Positions 1 to 10,660 are shown, numbered from the stretch's first letter. The stretch is DNA of 63,264 nt from Candidatus Poribacteria bacterium (GCA_036339735.1 JAYZAL010000053.1:1-63264), one strand, 5' to 3'. Notes: generated by a model from the sequence alone, not told the origin. Numbers and translations are program-made.

Positions 1-672
1 CTGCCACTTCCTATCCCCGTCCCAGTCGCGAAGGGCGCACCCGCCGAGGGCTACCCGAGTCAGTGGTCTGTCTGCCGCTGGCTGCCTGGTGAGAACGCGA
101 CATTGGACTGCCTGACTGATCTGTCTCAAGCCGCGAAGGACCTCGCGAAGTTCATCCACGCTTTGCAGCAGATCGATTCTGTGGATGGCCCTGTTCCCGG
201 AGAGCACAACTTCTTTCGTGGTATTCCACTGGCAGATCGGGACGGCTACACGCGTGCGGCCATCGCCGAATCCGCTGGATTGGTCGATTCCGATGCTGTA
301 ACCGCCGCATGGGAACGCGACCTCCAAGCACCGGTGTGGAGAGGACCACCAGTCTGGATCCACGGTGACCTCGCGTCTGGCAATCTGCTGGCACTGAGCG
401 GCCGGATCAGCGGGGTCATAGACTGGGGCGGCCTAGCTGTTGGCGATCCTGCTACTGAGTTGCTCCCTGCCTGGAACTTGTTTCAACGTGAGAGTCGCGG
501 CGCGTTCCGCGCGGCGATCGACGTCGACGACGCGACCTGGGCACGAGGGCGTGGCTTGGCCCTCTCAGTTGCATTGGTAGCTCTCCCCTATTATCTGGAG
601 ACTAATCCCGTCATAGCCCACTGGGCCCGGTACATGATCGACGAAGTTCTGGAAGATCACGAACGCAGCTAG
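1..672 (+). CDS. Aminoglycoside phosphotransferase (APH/choline kinase) family protein, 5'-partial
   Basis: Frame is open from base 1 (LPLPIPVPVAKGAPAEGYPSQWSVCRWLPGE...). It carries the catalytic motif WIHGDLASGNLL and the metal-binding motif GVIDWG, followed by GDPA. GC is markedly higher than the rest of the window. Confidence 0.88.
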   Translation: MPLPIPVPVAKGAPAEGYPSQWSVCRWLPGENATLDCLTDLSQAAKDLAKFIHALQQIDSVDGPVPGEHNFFRGIPLADRDGYTRAAIAESAGLVDSDAVTAAWERDLQAPVWRGPPVWIHGDLASGNLLALSGRISGVIDWGGLAVGDPATELLPAWNLFQRESRGAFRAAIDVDDATWARGRGLALSVALVALPYYLETNPVIAHWARYMIDEVLEDHERS

Positions 673-968
673 TTCCCCGCGCACGAAGAGGTCCGTATCT
701 CCGGTGTGCTATTTATGAGCTTGAGTAGTGGTATGTCCCAGAGGCTAATATACCCTGAAATCTAGTCGGCTATAACTGCAAGGTGAGGCGTTGGGAACTC
801 AGAAACAGGTGAGGTGAGTGGCAATAGTTGGGGCTGCTACCACTCTTAATCTGTTTGGGTGAGAGATGGATATTGTCTGATTATCGTATCAGAGACAAAA
901 CGTTCTGCGATAGGATGTTGGCTTGAGCTAACATGGCTGTGCCCGCTTGGGTTAAGATTTGGTTTTAA

Positions 969-1340
969 TCAAAAACTCGTGTCTGAAAGATCAACGTATT
1001 CTGATACCGTGTCTTCATACGCAAGATAATATCCGTCATCTTTGTAGCAATCCACCAGTTCAAATGGATGGTCAGTCTGAGATATTTTAAGTTTTTTCTT
1101 GGTATATTTACTTGTGCATTTTGCCTTCTGAAGACCTTCAGCCTCATGGTGGTGAATGTATCCACAAAATGGACAGTGATGAGTAATTCCCTCCCTATTC
1201 ATAAATAGAACCACATAGTCTTTACCATCAACTGTTGTGAGATTAAAGCTCGTTGGATTCTGTCTGATTGAATTTTTTCGCCGGCGTTTTTTCTTTTTCA
1301 TGTTATTACTGTATTCAGAAGGAATCTTTCCTAAATTCAC
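969..1340 (-). CDS. Hypothetical protein with basic stretch and CPFC/His-rich putative zinc-binding motif
   Basis: 123-aa ORF with KKKKRRRK and HHCPFCGYIHHH...KAKC; no family recognised. Confidence 0.5.
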   Translation of the reverse strand: MNLGKIPSEYSNNMKKKKRRRKNSIRQNPTSFNLTTVDGKDYVVLFMNREGITHHCPFCGYIHHHEAEGLQKAKCTSKYTKKKLKISQTDHPFELVDCYKDDGYYLAYEDTVSEYVDLSDTSF

Positions 1341-1473
1341 TAATTTAAACGGAACACGAGAAAGTACAATTGTTTCAGCTACTTGTTTTCAGCTTCAATT
1401 TTGAAGTCATCGAACGTTTGTACCACTTACTATCTAAATTGCTGTATTCATACTTTATAATACTAGATTTTAA

Positions 1474-2730
1474 TCACATACCCAGTAAGCGAATTATAGC
1501 GTTTGTTGTCAAGGACCCAGCTGTTCTACTGATAGACATTGAGCTTTCATATTCGTAAGGATATCGGCCGAAATCTTGGTCATCCAAAATATAACCCAAT
1601 TCATCATCGGCTAGACCAAAAATAAAACGATATTTGGTGTCCATTCTATCTTTGATCTGATAGCCGAGTTTTGGCAGAACTTCTCCAGGATAAGTTGCGA
1701 TTTGCGCATCGCCTATTTCTATGAAACGAACAACTGTCGGAATTATCAATCTACTTTCATTGGATGGCATCTTCGGATCACGAATAGCCATTTGTTTTGG
1801 TAAAAGCCCTATTTCAATGGCCGACAAAAATTGCAAGTTCTCGAGTGGTATATTTATTTTAGCTGAACGGTGGCTGAGCTTAATATTTTCTTGTAAAACC
1901 GCAGACTTTGCAGCCTCTAATATTTTTTCCGCGATAAAACTACCTATCCGTTCTACTTCTTGAAAATTACCTTCTGTTCTATCAGGTGAAATCATTCCAC
2001 CTAGAGCACCATTGACAAATAGAGTAATTCCCCCCAATTTATTATCGCATTCACGATAAATCACAGATGGAAAATCAGCAGTTATGAGCCGACTATCAGA
2101 CTTCATTACTTCTGGGTGCATAGCAAAATTGACTAACATCGCAATGTTGGTATCGTTAAGTCGGTCAATCTTAATTAGACCTAAATCACGGTCAATTAAA
2201 TCTGGGTCTCTATGGTTGATAGAAATACGATCGGCTTCATCAATTGTTGTCATTGCTAAAGAGATCTTAGCAGGTTCAATGCTGTCTTTTGCCTCTGCTA
2301 TGCATTCGGCAGCTTGTTGACAGACCCAATCTATATATCTGGAATCAACACCAGTGGTTGTTTCATCCGGCCCCCATAGACCGATCGTATCAGGACCAGA
2401 ATGTTGATGTGTCGCCATAATGACGAGATGGTCTGGCAGAGTACTTTGTTTTCGACAGAGGCGCTGAATTTCCAGATTTTGTAAACGAGTTACTCCCAAA
2501 AGATCAAGGCACAAAAACCCGATTTGTATTTGTCCATCATCAATTAGTATACATCTGGCAAAAAGCTCATCATGGACTCCTTCACTTTTTCGATTGTTGG
2601 ACCATCCTGCTAGATAAACTGAGTCTTTCGGTGTAATAATACGCTTCGCAGCTCCCGCTTGAAATTTTGTAGGCATACTATCAGATATAATTGATACCAA
2701 AAGCATCAGTAACATGTTGGGAAAAATCAT
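1474..2730 (-). CDS. Neutral/alkaline ceramidase-like hydrolase (N-terminal domain family)
   Basis: Motifs GVHDELFARC, ATHQHSGPD, NFAMHPE, ITADFP, NGALGG, PGEV, GLADDELGYI. Start placed at ATG 2730 because a GGAGG RBS precedes it; hydrophobic N-terminus. Confidence 0.75.
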   Translation of the reverse strand: MIFPNMLLMLLVSIISDSMPTKFQAGAAKRIITPKDSVYLAGWSNNRKSEGVHDELFARCILIDDGQIQIGFLCLDLLGVTRLQNLEIQRLCRKQSTLPDHLVIMATHQHSGPDTIGLWGPDETTTGVDSRYIDWVCQQAAECIAEAKDSIEPAKISLAMTTIDEADRISINHRDPDLIDRDLGLIKIDRLNDTNIAMLVNFAMHPEVMKSDSRLITADFPSVIYRECDNKLGGITLFVNGALGGMISPDRTEGNFQEVERIGSFIAEKILEAAKSAVLQENIKLSHRSAKINIPLENLQFLSAIEIGLLPKQMAIRDPKMPSNESRLIIPTVVRFIEIGDAQIATYPGEVLPKLGYQIKDRMDTKYRFIFGLADDELGYILDDQDFGRYPYEYESSMSISRTAGSLTTNAIIRLLGM

Positions 2731-2937
2731 AAAAACCTCCATTTGTTGAACAAAAAAGCCCAAATTCGTATATAAAATAAAGCTTTCGTTTTATCTATAA
2801 ATGTGAGCGAGCAAATTACAATGAAAACTACCTTCACCTTGAAATAGCAGAATAAATAATTTTTAACACTCCTAAATTGTTTTCCACATTTTTCAGGGAC
2901 TATTACCAGCGCAAATTAATCAAATTGGAATTGAACT

Positions 2938-4932
2938 ATGATCCAGAAATTAGCAGTAGGGCTAACAACTCGCTCTACGCTTTTATCGATACTAATCGTT
3001 TGGATTAGTAATATTTGGGTTGCTCATAGTGGTCTTATAGTACACGCCACCCAAATTGGAGAGTCCGTGCCTCCAATTCCTGCAGTTGCAACGATTATAA
3101 TAATCGTTGCGATCAACCCTTTTCTTAGATTGTTAAATCCATCATTTGCGTTATCTAGACCTGAGATCATCGTTATTTATACGGTTGTTGCTATTTCAAT
3201 TTCTATGTCTTCCGTCGGTATGGTCCGATACTTTTTGCCCGTTTTGACAGCACCATTCTACTATGCTACTTCCGAAAACGAATTTAGTTTTTTTTCTCAG
3301 TATCTGCCTTCTTGGATGGTTGTAGATGATCAGAAAGCAATTATTGGTGCTTATGAAGGTATTGGGAACAATGCTTCCGTTCCTTGGTTCGCTTGGATAA
3401 CTCCACTCACGTTTTGGACATTTCTGTTTGTTTCGATTTTTTGGACTATGCTGTGTATTGTGGTTATTTTTCGCAAGCAATGGATTGACCAAGAACGTCT
3501 GGTATTTCCAGTAGCTAGATTTGGAATTGAAATTATCGGCAATGACTACACACCAAACGAAGGCTTAGCTAGCTCTAGCCTAACAAACAGAAGATCTTTT
3601 TTTGGCAATCCTTACATGTGGATTGGTTTCAGTTTGGCATTCTTATATAATTTCATGAATATTATACACGCATTTTATCCTTCTATCCCTGGACCGGGAA
3701 CCAGAATTGACTTAAGTCATCATTTTACAGATAGGCCTTGGAGTGCTATACGACCAATCACTTTCCAATTTCGGCCTGCAGTTTTTGGCTTGGCGTATCT
3801 AATGCCTTTAGATATTAACTTCTCAGTTTGGTTTCTATATTTTTTGTTGAAAATAGAGTCAATTCTAGCTTCAGCGTCTGGCTATAATCTACCAAGTTTC
3901 CCATACGTTCACGATCAGAGTAGCGGATCTTTTTTAGCTCTTGTTGTTGCGTTTTGTTGGGTATCTAAAAAGCATCTGCGAAACGTAATTATCAACGCAT
4001 TCAGCAAGAAAGTCATTGAAGACAAAGAAGAGCCATTATCTTTCCGCTTCGCATTTTGGGGCTTTATTGGTGGTGTCACCTTTATCTGTGTTTGGTGCAC
4101 TCTCGCAGGAATGACTCTCACAACAACGCTAATATATTTCGGGCTTATCTTCAGTTTTGCAATTGTTTACACAAAAATCCGTGCAGAAGCCGGTGCTCCC
4201 ATGATATGGCTTTTCCCTTATGGCGAACATAAGCATATTATGATAAATGCCTTTGGCTCCGCAGCTTTTACTCCGAACGGAAGTTATCAAAATCTATCTG
4301 TTTGGGCGAGTTTAACATTTTTATCTAGGGGTTATTTCCCTTCATTCATGGCTTATCAACTCGAATCTCTTAAGCATAGTGATGATGTGAAAATTAATCG
4401 GCGGATTATTCCTTTTGTAATTATGCTAGCTTTGATAATTGGGTTAGTAGGTGCTTACTGGATGCATTTGACTACCTATTACGAGTATGGTGCCAATATT
4501 CTAGAAGGAGGTCAAGGACTAAAAGGTGGCACACGTGGTGCCGCACTTATTCGTCATGAATACAATTTGATGAAAGGTTATCAATTGTCTAAAAGTGAAC
4601 CAAATTTGATAAGAACAAGTGCAGTCGGATTTGGTTTCATTTTCACTACACTCTTGGGTTTTCTACGTCGTAGTTTTTTACAATTTCCTTTGCACCCACT
4701 TGGTTTTGCTATGGTAACTGCTTATGGAGACCCTTTATGGGGGCCGTTTCTTGTTGCTTGGATTCTCAAGGTGTTTATTACTCGAATTGGGGGAATTGGG
4801 CTTTATCGTCAGTTGACACCTTGCTTTTTAGGCATTACGTTAGGGCATTTTTTTACTGCAGGAATAGTATGGGGCATACTTGCAAGTATTGGATCAGGTA
4901 TTTTTAGAGGTTACGGAGTATGGTTCGGTTAG
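2938..4932 (+). CDS. Polytopic membrane protein, DUF6785/DUF6784-like (putative peptide transporter)
   Basis: Many hydrophobic segments, plus RKQWIDQERLVFP, RAEAGAP, FPLHPLGF and the C-terminal RIGGIGLYRQLTPCFLG pattern typical of this family. Confidence 0.7.
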   Translation: MIQKLAVGLTTRSTLLSILIVWISNIWVAHSGLIVHATQIGESVPPIPAVATIIIIVAINPFLRLLNPSFALSRPEIIVIYTVVAISISMSSVGMVRYFLPVLTAPFYYATSENEFSFFSQYLPSWMVVDDQKAIIGAYEGIGNNASVPWFAWITPLTFWTFLFVSIFWTMLCIVVIFRKQWIDQERLVFPVARFGIEIIGNDYTPNEGLASSSLTNRRSFFGNPYMWIGFSLAFLYNFMNIIHAFYPSIPGPGTRIDLSHHFTDRPWSAIRPITFQFRPAVFGLAYLMPLDINFSVWFLYFLLKIESILASASGYNLPSFPYVHDQSSGSFLALVVAFCWVSKKHLRNVIINAFSKKVIEDKEEPLSFRFAFWGFIGGVTFICVWCTLAGMTLTTTLIYFGLIFSFAIVYTKIRAEAGAPMIWLFPYGEHKHIMINAFGSAAFTPNGSYQNLSVWASLTFLSRGYFPSFMAYQLESLKHSDDVKINRRIIPFVIMLALIIGLVGAYWMHLTTYYEYGANILEGGQGLKGGTRGAALIRHEYNLMKGYQLSKSEPNLIRTSAVGFGFIFTTLLGFLRRSFLQFPLHPLGFAMVTAYGDPLWGPFLVAWILKVFITRIGGIGLYRQLTPCFLGITLGHFFTAGIVWGILASIGSGIFRGYGVWFG

Positions 4933-5090
4933 AAAAACATTACTGGTAATTGACTGAGTTATCCTGCAAATACGAACCTGTATAAGACAGTAGTTTTTAT
5001 TAAAAATAAATTTGTAGGTCGGATTGAATTCTTATCTGTTTTTTTACTGAGGTTTCTGTTCGAAGTAAGACTAAGATTATTTCCCAAATA

Positions 5091-5315
5091 CTACTTACGA
5101 TCCAGACAAGTTGAATAGCTCACTGGGCCAAGCACTTCCCCGAAAGTCGCATCTGGGGAATTGATGAGGCCACGATCGTTGGGGAAGGCTTTTCCTGTAT
5201 CTTGGGTTCCACTGTTTGGCGAATTATTCATGTGATGATACATGCCAGGTACGAGTGTAAACCGATTATTCGCTAAATGCGCGTAGTACAGCAATATCTC
5301 GTCGCCAGTAAATTT
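5091..5315 (-). pseudogene. Possible gene fragment
   Basis: Short protein-like frame (FTGDEILLYYAHLANNRFTLVPGMYHHM...) with higher GC than its AT-rich flanks and no clear start or RBS. Confidence 0.25.
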
Positions 5316-5637
5316 TTAACCGGTGCTCTGCAGTTGTATAATATATGGTAACTAATATCTGAAAATAGCTAATTCCAAAATTATGAAGTTGCGTATATCG
5401 TCAGACACGTCAGATTTTTCTTGTACAGTTCTATTTATTCCTTGCCCGTGTTTGCTTGGTTAGCGAATAGGTTCTGTGAAACTAAAAGATTCTTTGTCTA
5501 TAAGGCATGATTAAGAAATACATCTATTCTAGATTTTTCCGATCTTTAAAGAAAATGAAAATACACGAGTGAGTTAATCACTGTCGACTGCATTTGATCT
5601 GAGGGTTAACCTAATAATTTTTAGAGAGATTAAAATA

Positions 5638-6063
5638 ATGTTGTACAATCTATCTAATAACGATGGGAATAGAATAGTTCAGACGAATGAATTAATTGGT
5701 AAGAAGTTTGGTTTAATTGAAAGACTGATGCTTAATGGAGTAAAGTCAAGTCGCTTGACTGTTTCAGAATCAAGTCATGGGATTCAGAAAATTATCCAAT
5801 CTGGTCAACATATTGTTTTTTCTGATATCGAAATGAGAAAAAAGGGGGTGTTAATTCGTATTATCTCCCAAATCGAAAAATGCTATTGGGCCATTCCATT
5901 TTATAAGTTAACTCTCTATAAGTCTGATAATTTCAGCATTCATGCAGATGGTGAATTTATAAAATACAACATCAATGAAATTACTAAAAAAAATGCGAGT
6001 CTTGTAAATAAAATAATTAGCCACAGAGCATCGTTTTTTGACCACAGCTATAACTTCTATTGA
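5638..6063 (+). CDS. Conserved hypothetical protein resembling a Bacteroidota/Flavobacteria family
   Basis: Pattern MLYNLS...IGKKFGLIERL...IEMRKKGVLI...WAIPFYKLTLYK recalls a small Flavobacteria protein family (recognised from memory, not searched). Low GC. Confidence 0.6.
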   Translation: MLYNLSNNDGNRIVQTNELIGKKFGLIERLMLNGVKSSRLTVSESSHGIQKIIQSGQHIVFSDIEMRKKGVLIRIISQIEKCYWAIPFYKLTLYKSDNFSIHADGEFIKYNINEITKKNASLVNKIISHRASFFDHSYNFY

Positions 6064-6411
6064 TACTTGGAAACACTTATCTTGTATAATTCAGGAAGAC
6101 TGTACAGTAATGAATTAAGAGGTGTGAAACAAAGCCCTTCCGAAGATGTGTACGGTTCTTTGTGTATACTGGTCCAAGTGATGACTGTAGAACAGCATCT
6201 CGTCAACGAACCAGTAAATTTGGCTAATCAATCATAACACTTCAAAAGTTAAGAGATAAACATTTTTCTTTAAGTAAATTAGGCAAAACCCAAAGCGTCG
6301 TGGACAATATCATCAATAAAAGAACTTCTCCTTGTGCCACATGCTACATCACGATACGAACCATGAGCATCAGATATAAATAACATGGATTAGCAAAAAT
6401 ACGAGAATAGA

Positions 6412-6861
6412 ATGAATTTCTTGACACAACTGTTTATTTGGTATCCTGTTATTACGATAATTGTATTTGTACTTTTTACCGGTTCCATAGTTATGTTGGT
6501 ACGCCAAACCAATTTTTCATCTAAGATGAGTAACAAAAATGAGAAAATAGGTATAAAATTCTTTATTTTCCCAGTTATTACGACGATAGTGTTGTCTGCG
6601 TTTTTAGGTTATCAGTTAGATCTTTATTATTCCTCTTTCGAAGGAAAGATTATTGAAAAGTATGTTAGGGAAAGAAAGGCTATCAGGGTTACATCTGCCC
6701 GCCATTATGTCAAGGTCGATACTCGCAATGAACTATATACAACAGAGGTCCCTGGCAAACAATATCAGAAAATACAAGTAGGAGATCATATTAAAAAAGA
6801 ATCCAAAACGTTTGAAATCCAGATCAACTTGATTCCTGACCACACCGAAAAAACTCAGTAA
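6412..6861 (+). CDS. Hypothetical membrane protein (two N-terminal TM helices, beta-rich C-terminus)
   Basis: 149-aa ORF with two hydrophobic segments followed by FEGKIIEKY...YQKIQVGDHIKK. Confidence 0.6.
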   Translation: MNFLTQLFIWYPVITIIVFVLFTGSIVMLVRQTNFSSKMSNKNEKIGIKFFIFPVITTIVLSAFLGYQLDLYYSSFEGKIIEKYVRERKAIRVTSARHYVKVDTRNELYTTEVPGKQYQKIQVGDHIKKESKTFEIQINLIPDHTEKTQ

Positions 6862-7017
6862 GGCTTCAACGCTCAAGCACACCAGAACATAGCTAAAAAA
6901 GCTTGGCAGATTTATCGATTTTGTATCTAGCTGACATAAGATTTTTGCCTTTTTATATCATTTCTAATATTCCCAAATTGCAGCCTAAGCTGTCATTGTC
7001 TACTATTTTTGTATAGC

Positions 7018-7977
7018 CTAATAAGGTGTACTTTTGTTCACTGTCTGAAGTCCTGCTAATTCCAATTTTCTCTTGATACTTTCCAATTCCTCAGTAGGTA
7101 ACCGTAATAGAGGTGGCCGGACGTATGCTGACGGCAAACGCCCGAGTAGTACAAGAGCTTCTTTCATCCGATTATGCATATCAAGAAGTGGATCACAATA
7201 GAAAGCTTTGGTTAAATGATACAATTGATCACTGACAGCTCGGGCAAAAGACAAATTTTCATCTTGAATTGCTTGCCAAATACTCACGTGTAGATGTGCA
7301 ATTACGCTCCCAGCACCAGACAATAAGCCGTCACAACCTAAGACTAGAGAACTAAGTAGCCATGCACTATGTGTGGACAGTACCGATACTGGCGGATTCA
7401 GAGCGTGGAGTTCTCGAATATGCTGTTCATGAAGAACCGGATTATTACACCAATCTTTGATCGCTCGAATAGTAGGAAAACGGTAACACAACTCTAGTAA
7501 AGTGGGTAGTGGGTAGGCAAGGCCACTGGAGACCGGATACTGGAACAGGATCAAAGGTAAGTTCGTTTGATGGACGATATACTCAAAATGAGCAATAGCC
7601 ATTTCCGGTCGCTGATGTCCACCCAAAGACATGCTATCCGGTGGGAAAACAAGTAACGCGTTAGCTCCTCCTTCTTCTGCAGTACGAGCCAACTGGCTCG
7701 CAACCATACTACTTGCTGTAGAAATACCGACAATCAATGGAATCTTTTGGTCAAGAGCTTCCTGAGCTAGATACAGGCTTTGTTTTTGTTCACTCAAGGT
7801 TAGGGCATGGACCTCAGCTGCATGTCCATTAATTGTTATCGCTGAAATCCCATCAACAGAGGCCAAATCTCTAAGGTGTTTTTGGTAAGCAACTGGGTCA
7901 ATGTCTAAATTCGAGTCGAATGGCATTAAAGCTGCAGGAATAACACCTTGGGGACGTTGAAAGTTGGTTTGTTTCAT
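7018..7977 (-). CDS. Dihydrodipicolinate synthase (DapA-like) family class I aldolase
   Basis: GVIPAALMPF, NGHAAE, ILFQY, Schiff-base Lys in AIKDW, and C-terminal VRPPL. Confidence 0.88.
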   Translation of the reverse strand: MKQTNFQRPQGVIPAALMPFDSNLDIDPVAYQKHLRDLASVDGISAITINGHAAEVHALTLSEQKQSLYLAQEALDQKIPLIVGISTASSMVASQLARTAEEGGANALLVFPPDSMSLGGHQRPEMAIAHFEYIVHQTNLPLILFQYPVSSGLAYPLPTLLELCYRFPTIRAIKDWCNNPVLHEQHIRELHALNPPVSVLSTHSAWLLSSLVLGCDGLLSGAGSVIAHLHVSIWQAIQDENLSFARAVSDQLYHLTKAFYCDPLLDMHNRMKEALVLLGRLPSAYVRPPLLRLPTEELESIKRKLELAGLQTVNKSTPY

Positions 7978-8031
7978 TGCAAGCTTCTTTTTTGATATTA
8001 TTCACCTATAGATAGGCGAGCTGATTTAGTG

Positions 8032-10626
8032 CTATCCCTGCTTGACGCAGTAAATTTTCCCGTTACTTGAGCCGACTAAAATTTCAAAAAAAGAGTCCCC
8101 ATCAATATCTGCAACAACAAGATGTTCTATCGGTGCAGGTAAATCAATCTGCCAGATAATTGGTGACTTTTGATTAGCACGCTTGGCAACCGCACGCAGT
8201 TGCGTTCCGTTTCCATAGATGAATTCTTCAATCCCATCACAATTAATGTCTACTGAAACACAATTGGAGACTCGGCTGTCTGAGTTATCTATAGACCATT
8301 TGGTATAACCAGTTTTTAGATCAACACACCTGAATCCATCTTGACAACCAGGTAAACCAATTTCAATATTACCGTCGCCATCGACATCTCCAATTGATGG
8401 AAAACCATTTACACCATCGTTTGGTTCTGTTCTCCACAAGATACTAGTTTGATCTGATTTGTTCTGCAAGGCAATAACCATTGAAGGGTGAGTCACAATA
8501 GTGATCTCACTATTCACTACTATTGGTGTTCCATCAATTACCCAATGGTTTGATCCTTCAACTGGACCTAAGTTGAAAGTTGTAATTTGTTTTCCAGTCC
8601 TACCATCAATAATGGAAAATTCAGCCGGATAGGCCTGAATAATATTATCCAACTGGTCTTCGCCCATACTAGCAATAGAATAACGCCCGCCACCATAACC
8701 ACGGGTGTGGTTAGGCATCTCAAGAATATCCCTATGCCAAGCTACCGTATTAGTTCTGGTATTGATAACTACTGTTTCGTCGCTATGCATAATCGAACGG
8801 CGATTGGACACCATAACATCAAGGCGGTCAGAATTAGTAAAGTGCCCGACAGCCCATCTTGTAGTTCCACATTCATTCCAAATAGGAGAACGACCATTAA
8901 AATCTATAAAGTCATAGTGCCATCGCTTTATACCATTGAGGCCAAGTGCAATTAGCCGGCTGTGTCCATCCGGCATTTCACGTACGAACAGAACCTCGTC
9001 AACACCATCTTGGTCTATGTCTCCTGAAGCTAACCCTTCCATCTGAGGGCTTTGTGTTGTCATAGCTCGCCCGGGCGTACGCCAGATTGGTCGTAGCGGT
9101 TGCGTTAAATCTGTTGTGACTTGATAGGCAGAGATGGAATTTAATGGCTCAGCCATTACTATTTGGTAGTCCCCATGTTGATCCGTCAAAACTAGAGGTT
9201 TAGGAGCTGACAAAGTTGTGTAATTTTTAGCGACAGAGCTAAGCTGTATACCGTTGGTCTTCAGTTTTACTGATTTATGATGGGTGGATAGTGTTCGAAT
9301 GAGGATGTTACCTTCGGCAACCGCGACGGCCGACAATTTAACTTGAGGACTTGCCTCAATAGTACATAAAATGGTGTGCTGTCCCTTAGCATTTATTTGT
9401 AATGCATGTAAAGATTCCTTGGACTCTTTTTCTGTGGTAAAAAATACAGTATTTTTCTTTTGACCTTTTAATACACCATTTACTGGTGATTCCATTCCTC
9501 GTAGAGCACCTGTAACCCTTTCCAATGGTAAATCAGGGAGACTTTCTATAGACCAACGAGCGTTATGATGATGCCATATTTGTTGGTCCCAGCGATAGAT
9601 CATAATCTTTCCATTGGTTGATACGCAACGATTAGAAGTATGTTGTGTCAATAGTACTGGTATGTTATTTTGCTCAATCTCGGCATGGCCATGTAGGTAA
9701 ACATCGGGTAAATCAAGCTTATGCTGTCCAGTTTCTAAGTCATAAGCCATCATATGCCAGCGACTGTCATTATTTTCGTTAAAAACATTCATTAGGATTT
9801 CTTGTGATCCGTCTCCATTGAAGTCAGAAACTGGACTAGGTCCTACCGTATTAATGGTGAACCTTCTGTCAATTCCCTGAGTCGATTCTGTATCAAAAGT
9901 CTTGTACCAAAGGTTTATTAAGGCTCCATTTTCTACTGTTAACACACCGATGTGCCCTGCAAAATCACCTATTACTACCAAATAAACTTGGCCTGAAGAA
10001 TTAATATGAGCACCAAAAAATCCATATTGTCTTCCATGTTCTGAACGATAAGTACACCTATACTTCTCAACACCACTGGTTAAGTCATAAGCAATTACTC
10101 CATTCCAAGTGGACAATACTACTTCTAAATTTTCGTCTTTATCTATGTCGGCTACTACCACTAGTGGTGAGTAAATATCTCCCGAAAATTCTATATCCCA
10201 GATCTTTTTGGGATAGTCAATACCATTTTCAAAACTATGTAACTGGAAATTTGCATCTTTCCCCCATGTTGTAGTCCAGCTTAGTCTTTGTATACCTGAC
10301 ACATCAGCTAAAAATTTCCCCCATCTTTCTCCAGGTACCGCAGGTGGATCAATCAACTGGCCATTACCAGATACATCCAATTTGGGAGAAATAATTCCCC
10401 AATATCTTTCAGATTCTCTTGAAAATAGTCTAAGATTTTCTGTCAAGGACGGACTAAACTGACCTTTTTTTAAAAAACCACTCCATAGATACTCTCGACC
10501 TCTAGGGTCAAATTCCCAAGCTATTTTCGGATTATCTATGTGACCGGTTGCTGATGAGCTGTTCTGACTAGGTTGCTTCCACTGAGTGTGCAGAGCAAAT
10601 ATACAACTAATTAATATCGTGTTCAT
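8032..10626 (-). CDS. FG-GAP/VCBS repeat beta-propeller protein
   Basis: Repeated Ca-binding DxDxDG motifs (ADIDKDENLEV, DFNGDGSQEI, GDIDQDGVDEV, GDVDGDGNIEI, ADIDGDSFFEI) and PQQ-like W motifs. Confidence 0.78.
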   Translation of the reverse strand: MNTILISCIFALHTQWKQPSQNSSSATGHIDNPKIAWEFDPRGREYLWSGFLKKGQFSPSLTENLRLFSRESERYWGIISPKLDVSGNGQLIDPPAVPGERWGKFLADVSGIQRLSWTTTWGKDANFQLHSFENGIDYPKKIWDIEFSGDIYSPLVVVADIDKDENLEVVLSTWNGVIAYDLTSGVEKYRCTYRSEHGRQYGFFGAHINSSGQVYLVVIGDFAGHIGVLTVENGALINLWYKTFDTESTQGIDRRFTINTVGPSPVSDFNGDGSQEILMNVFNENNDSRWHMMAYDLETGQHKLDLPDVYLHGHAEIEQNNIPVLLTQHTSNRCVSTNGKIMIYRWDQQIWHHHNARWSIESLPDLPLERVTGALRGMESPVNGVLKGQKKNTVFFTTEKESKESLHALQINAKGQHTILCTIEASPQVKLSAVAVAEGNILIRTLSTHHKSVKLKTNGIQLSSVAKNYTTLSAPKPLVLTDQHGDYQIVMAEPLNSISAYQVTTDLTQPLRPIWRTPGRAMTTQSPQMEGLASGDIDQDGVDEVLFVREMPDGHSRLIALGLNGIKRWHYDFIDFNGRSPIWNECGTTRWAVGHFTNSDRLDVMVSNRRSIMHSDETVVINTRTNTVAWHRDILEMPNHTRGYGGGRYSIASMGEDQLDNIIQAYPAEFSIIDGRTGKQITTFNLGPVEGSNHWVIDGTPIVVNSEITIVTHPSMVIALQNKSDQTSILWRTEPNDGVNGFPSIGDVDGDGNIEIGLPGCQDGFRCVDLKTGYTKWSIDNSDSRVSNCVSVDINCDGIEEFIYGNGTQLRAVAKRANQKSPIIWQIDLPAPIEHLVVADIDGDSFFEILVGSSNGKIYCVKQG

Positions 10627-10660
10627 ATTGGGTCTTCATTGTAACAAAGGTTAGTTTTTC

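Noticed and set aside
690-965. Hairpin-rich region after the phosphotransferase as an integron attC site
   Set aside because: No correctly spaced RYYYAAC...GTTRRRY pair with extended dyad symmetry, and no integrase in the window.
4975-4990. TGTATAAGACAG resembles the Tn5/Nextera mosaic end
   Set aside because: It is not an exact match to AGATGTGTATAAGAGACAG and is too short to call adapter contamination.
6115-6230. Minus-strand frame QIYWFVDEMLFY resembling a GH16 C-terminal strand
   Set aside because: Under 40 codons, bounded by stops, and no catalytic ExDxxE motif; similarity may be chance.
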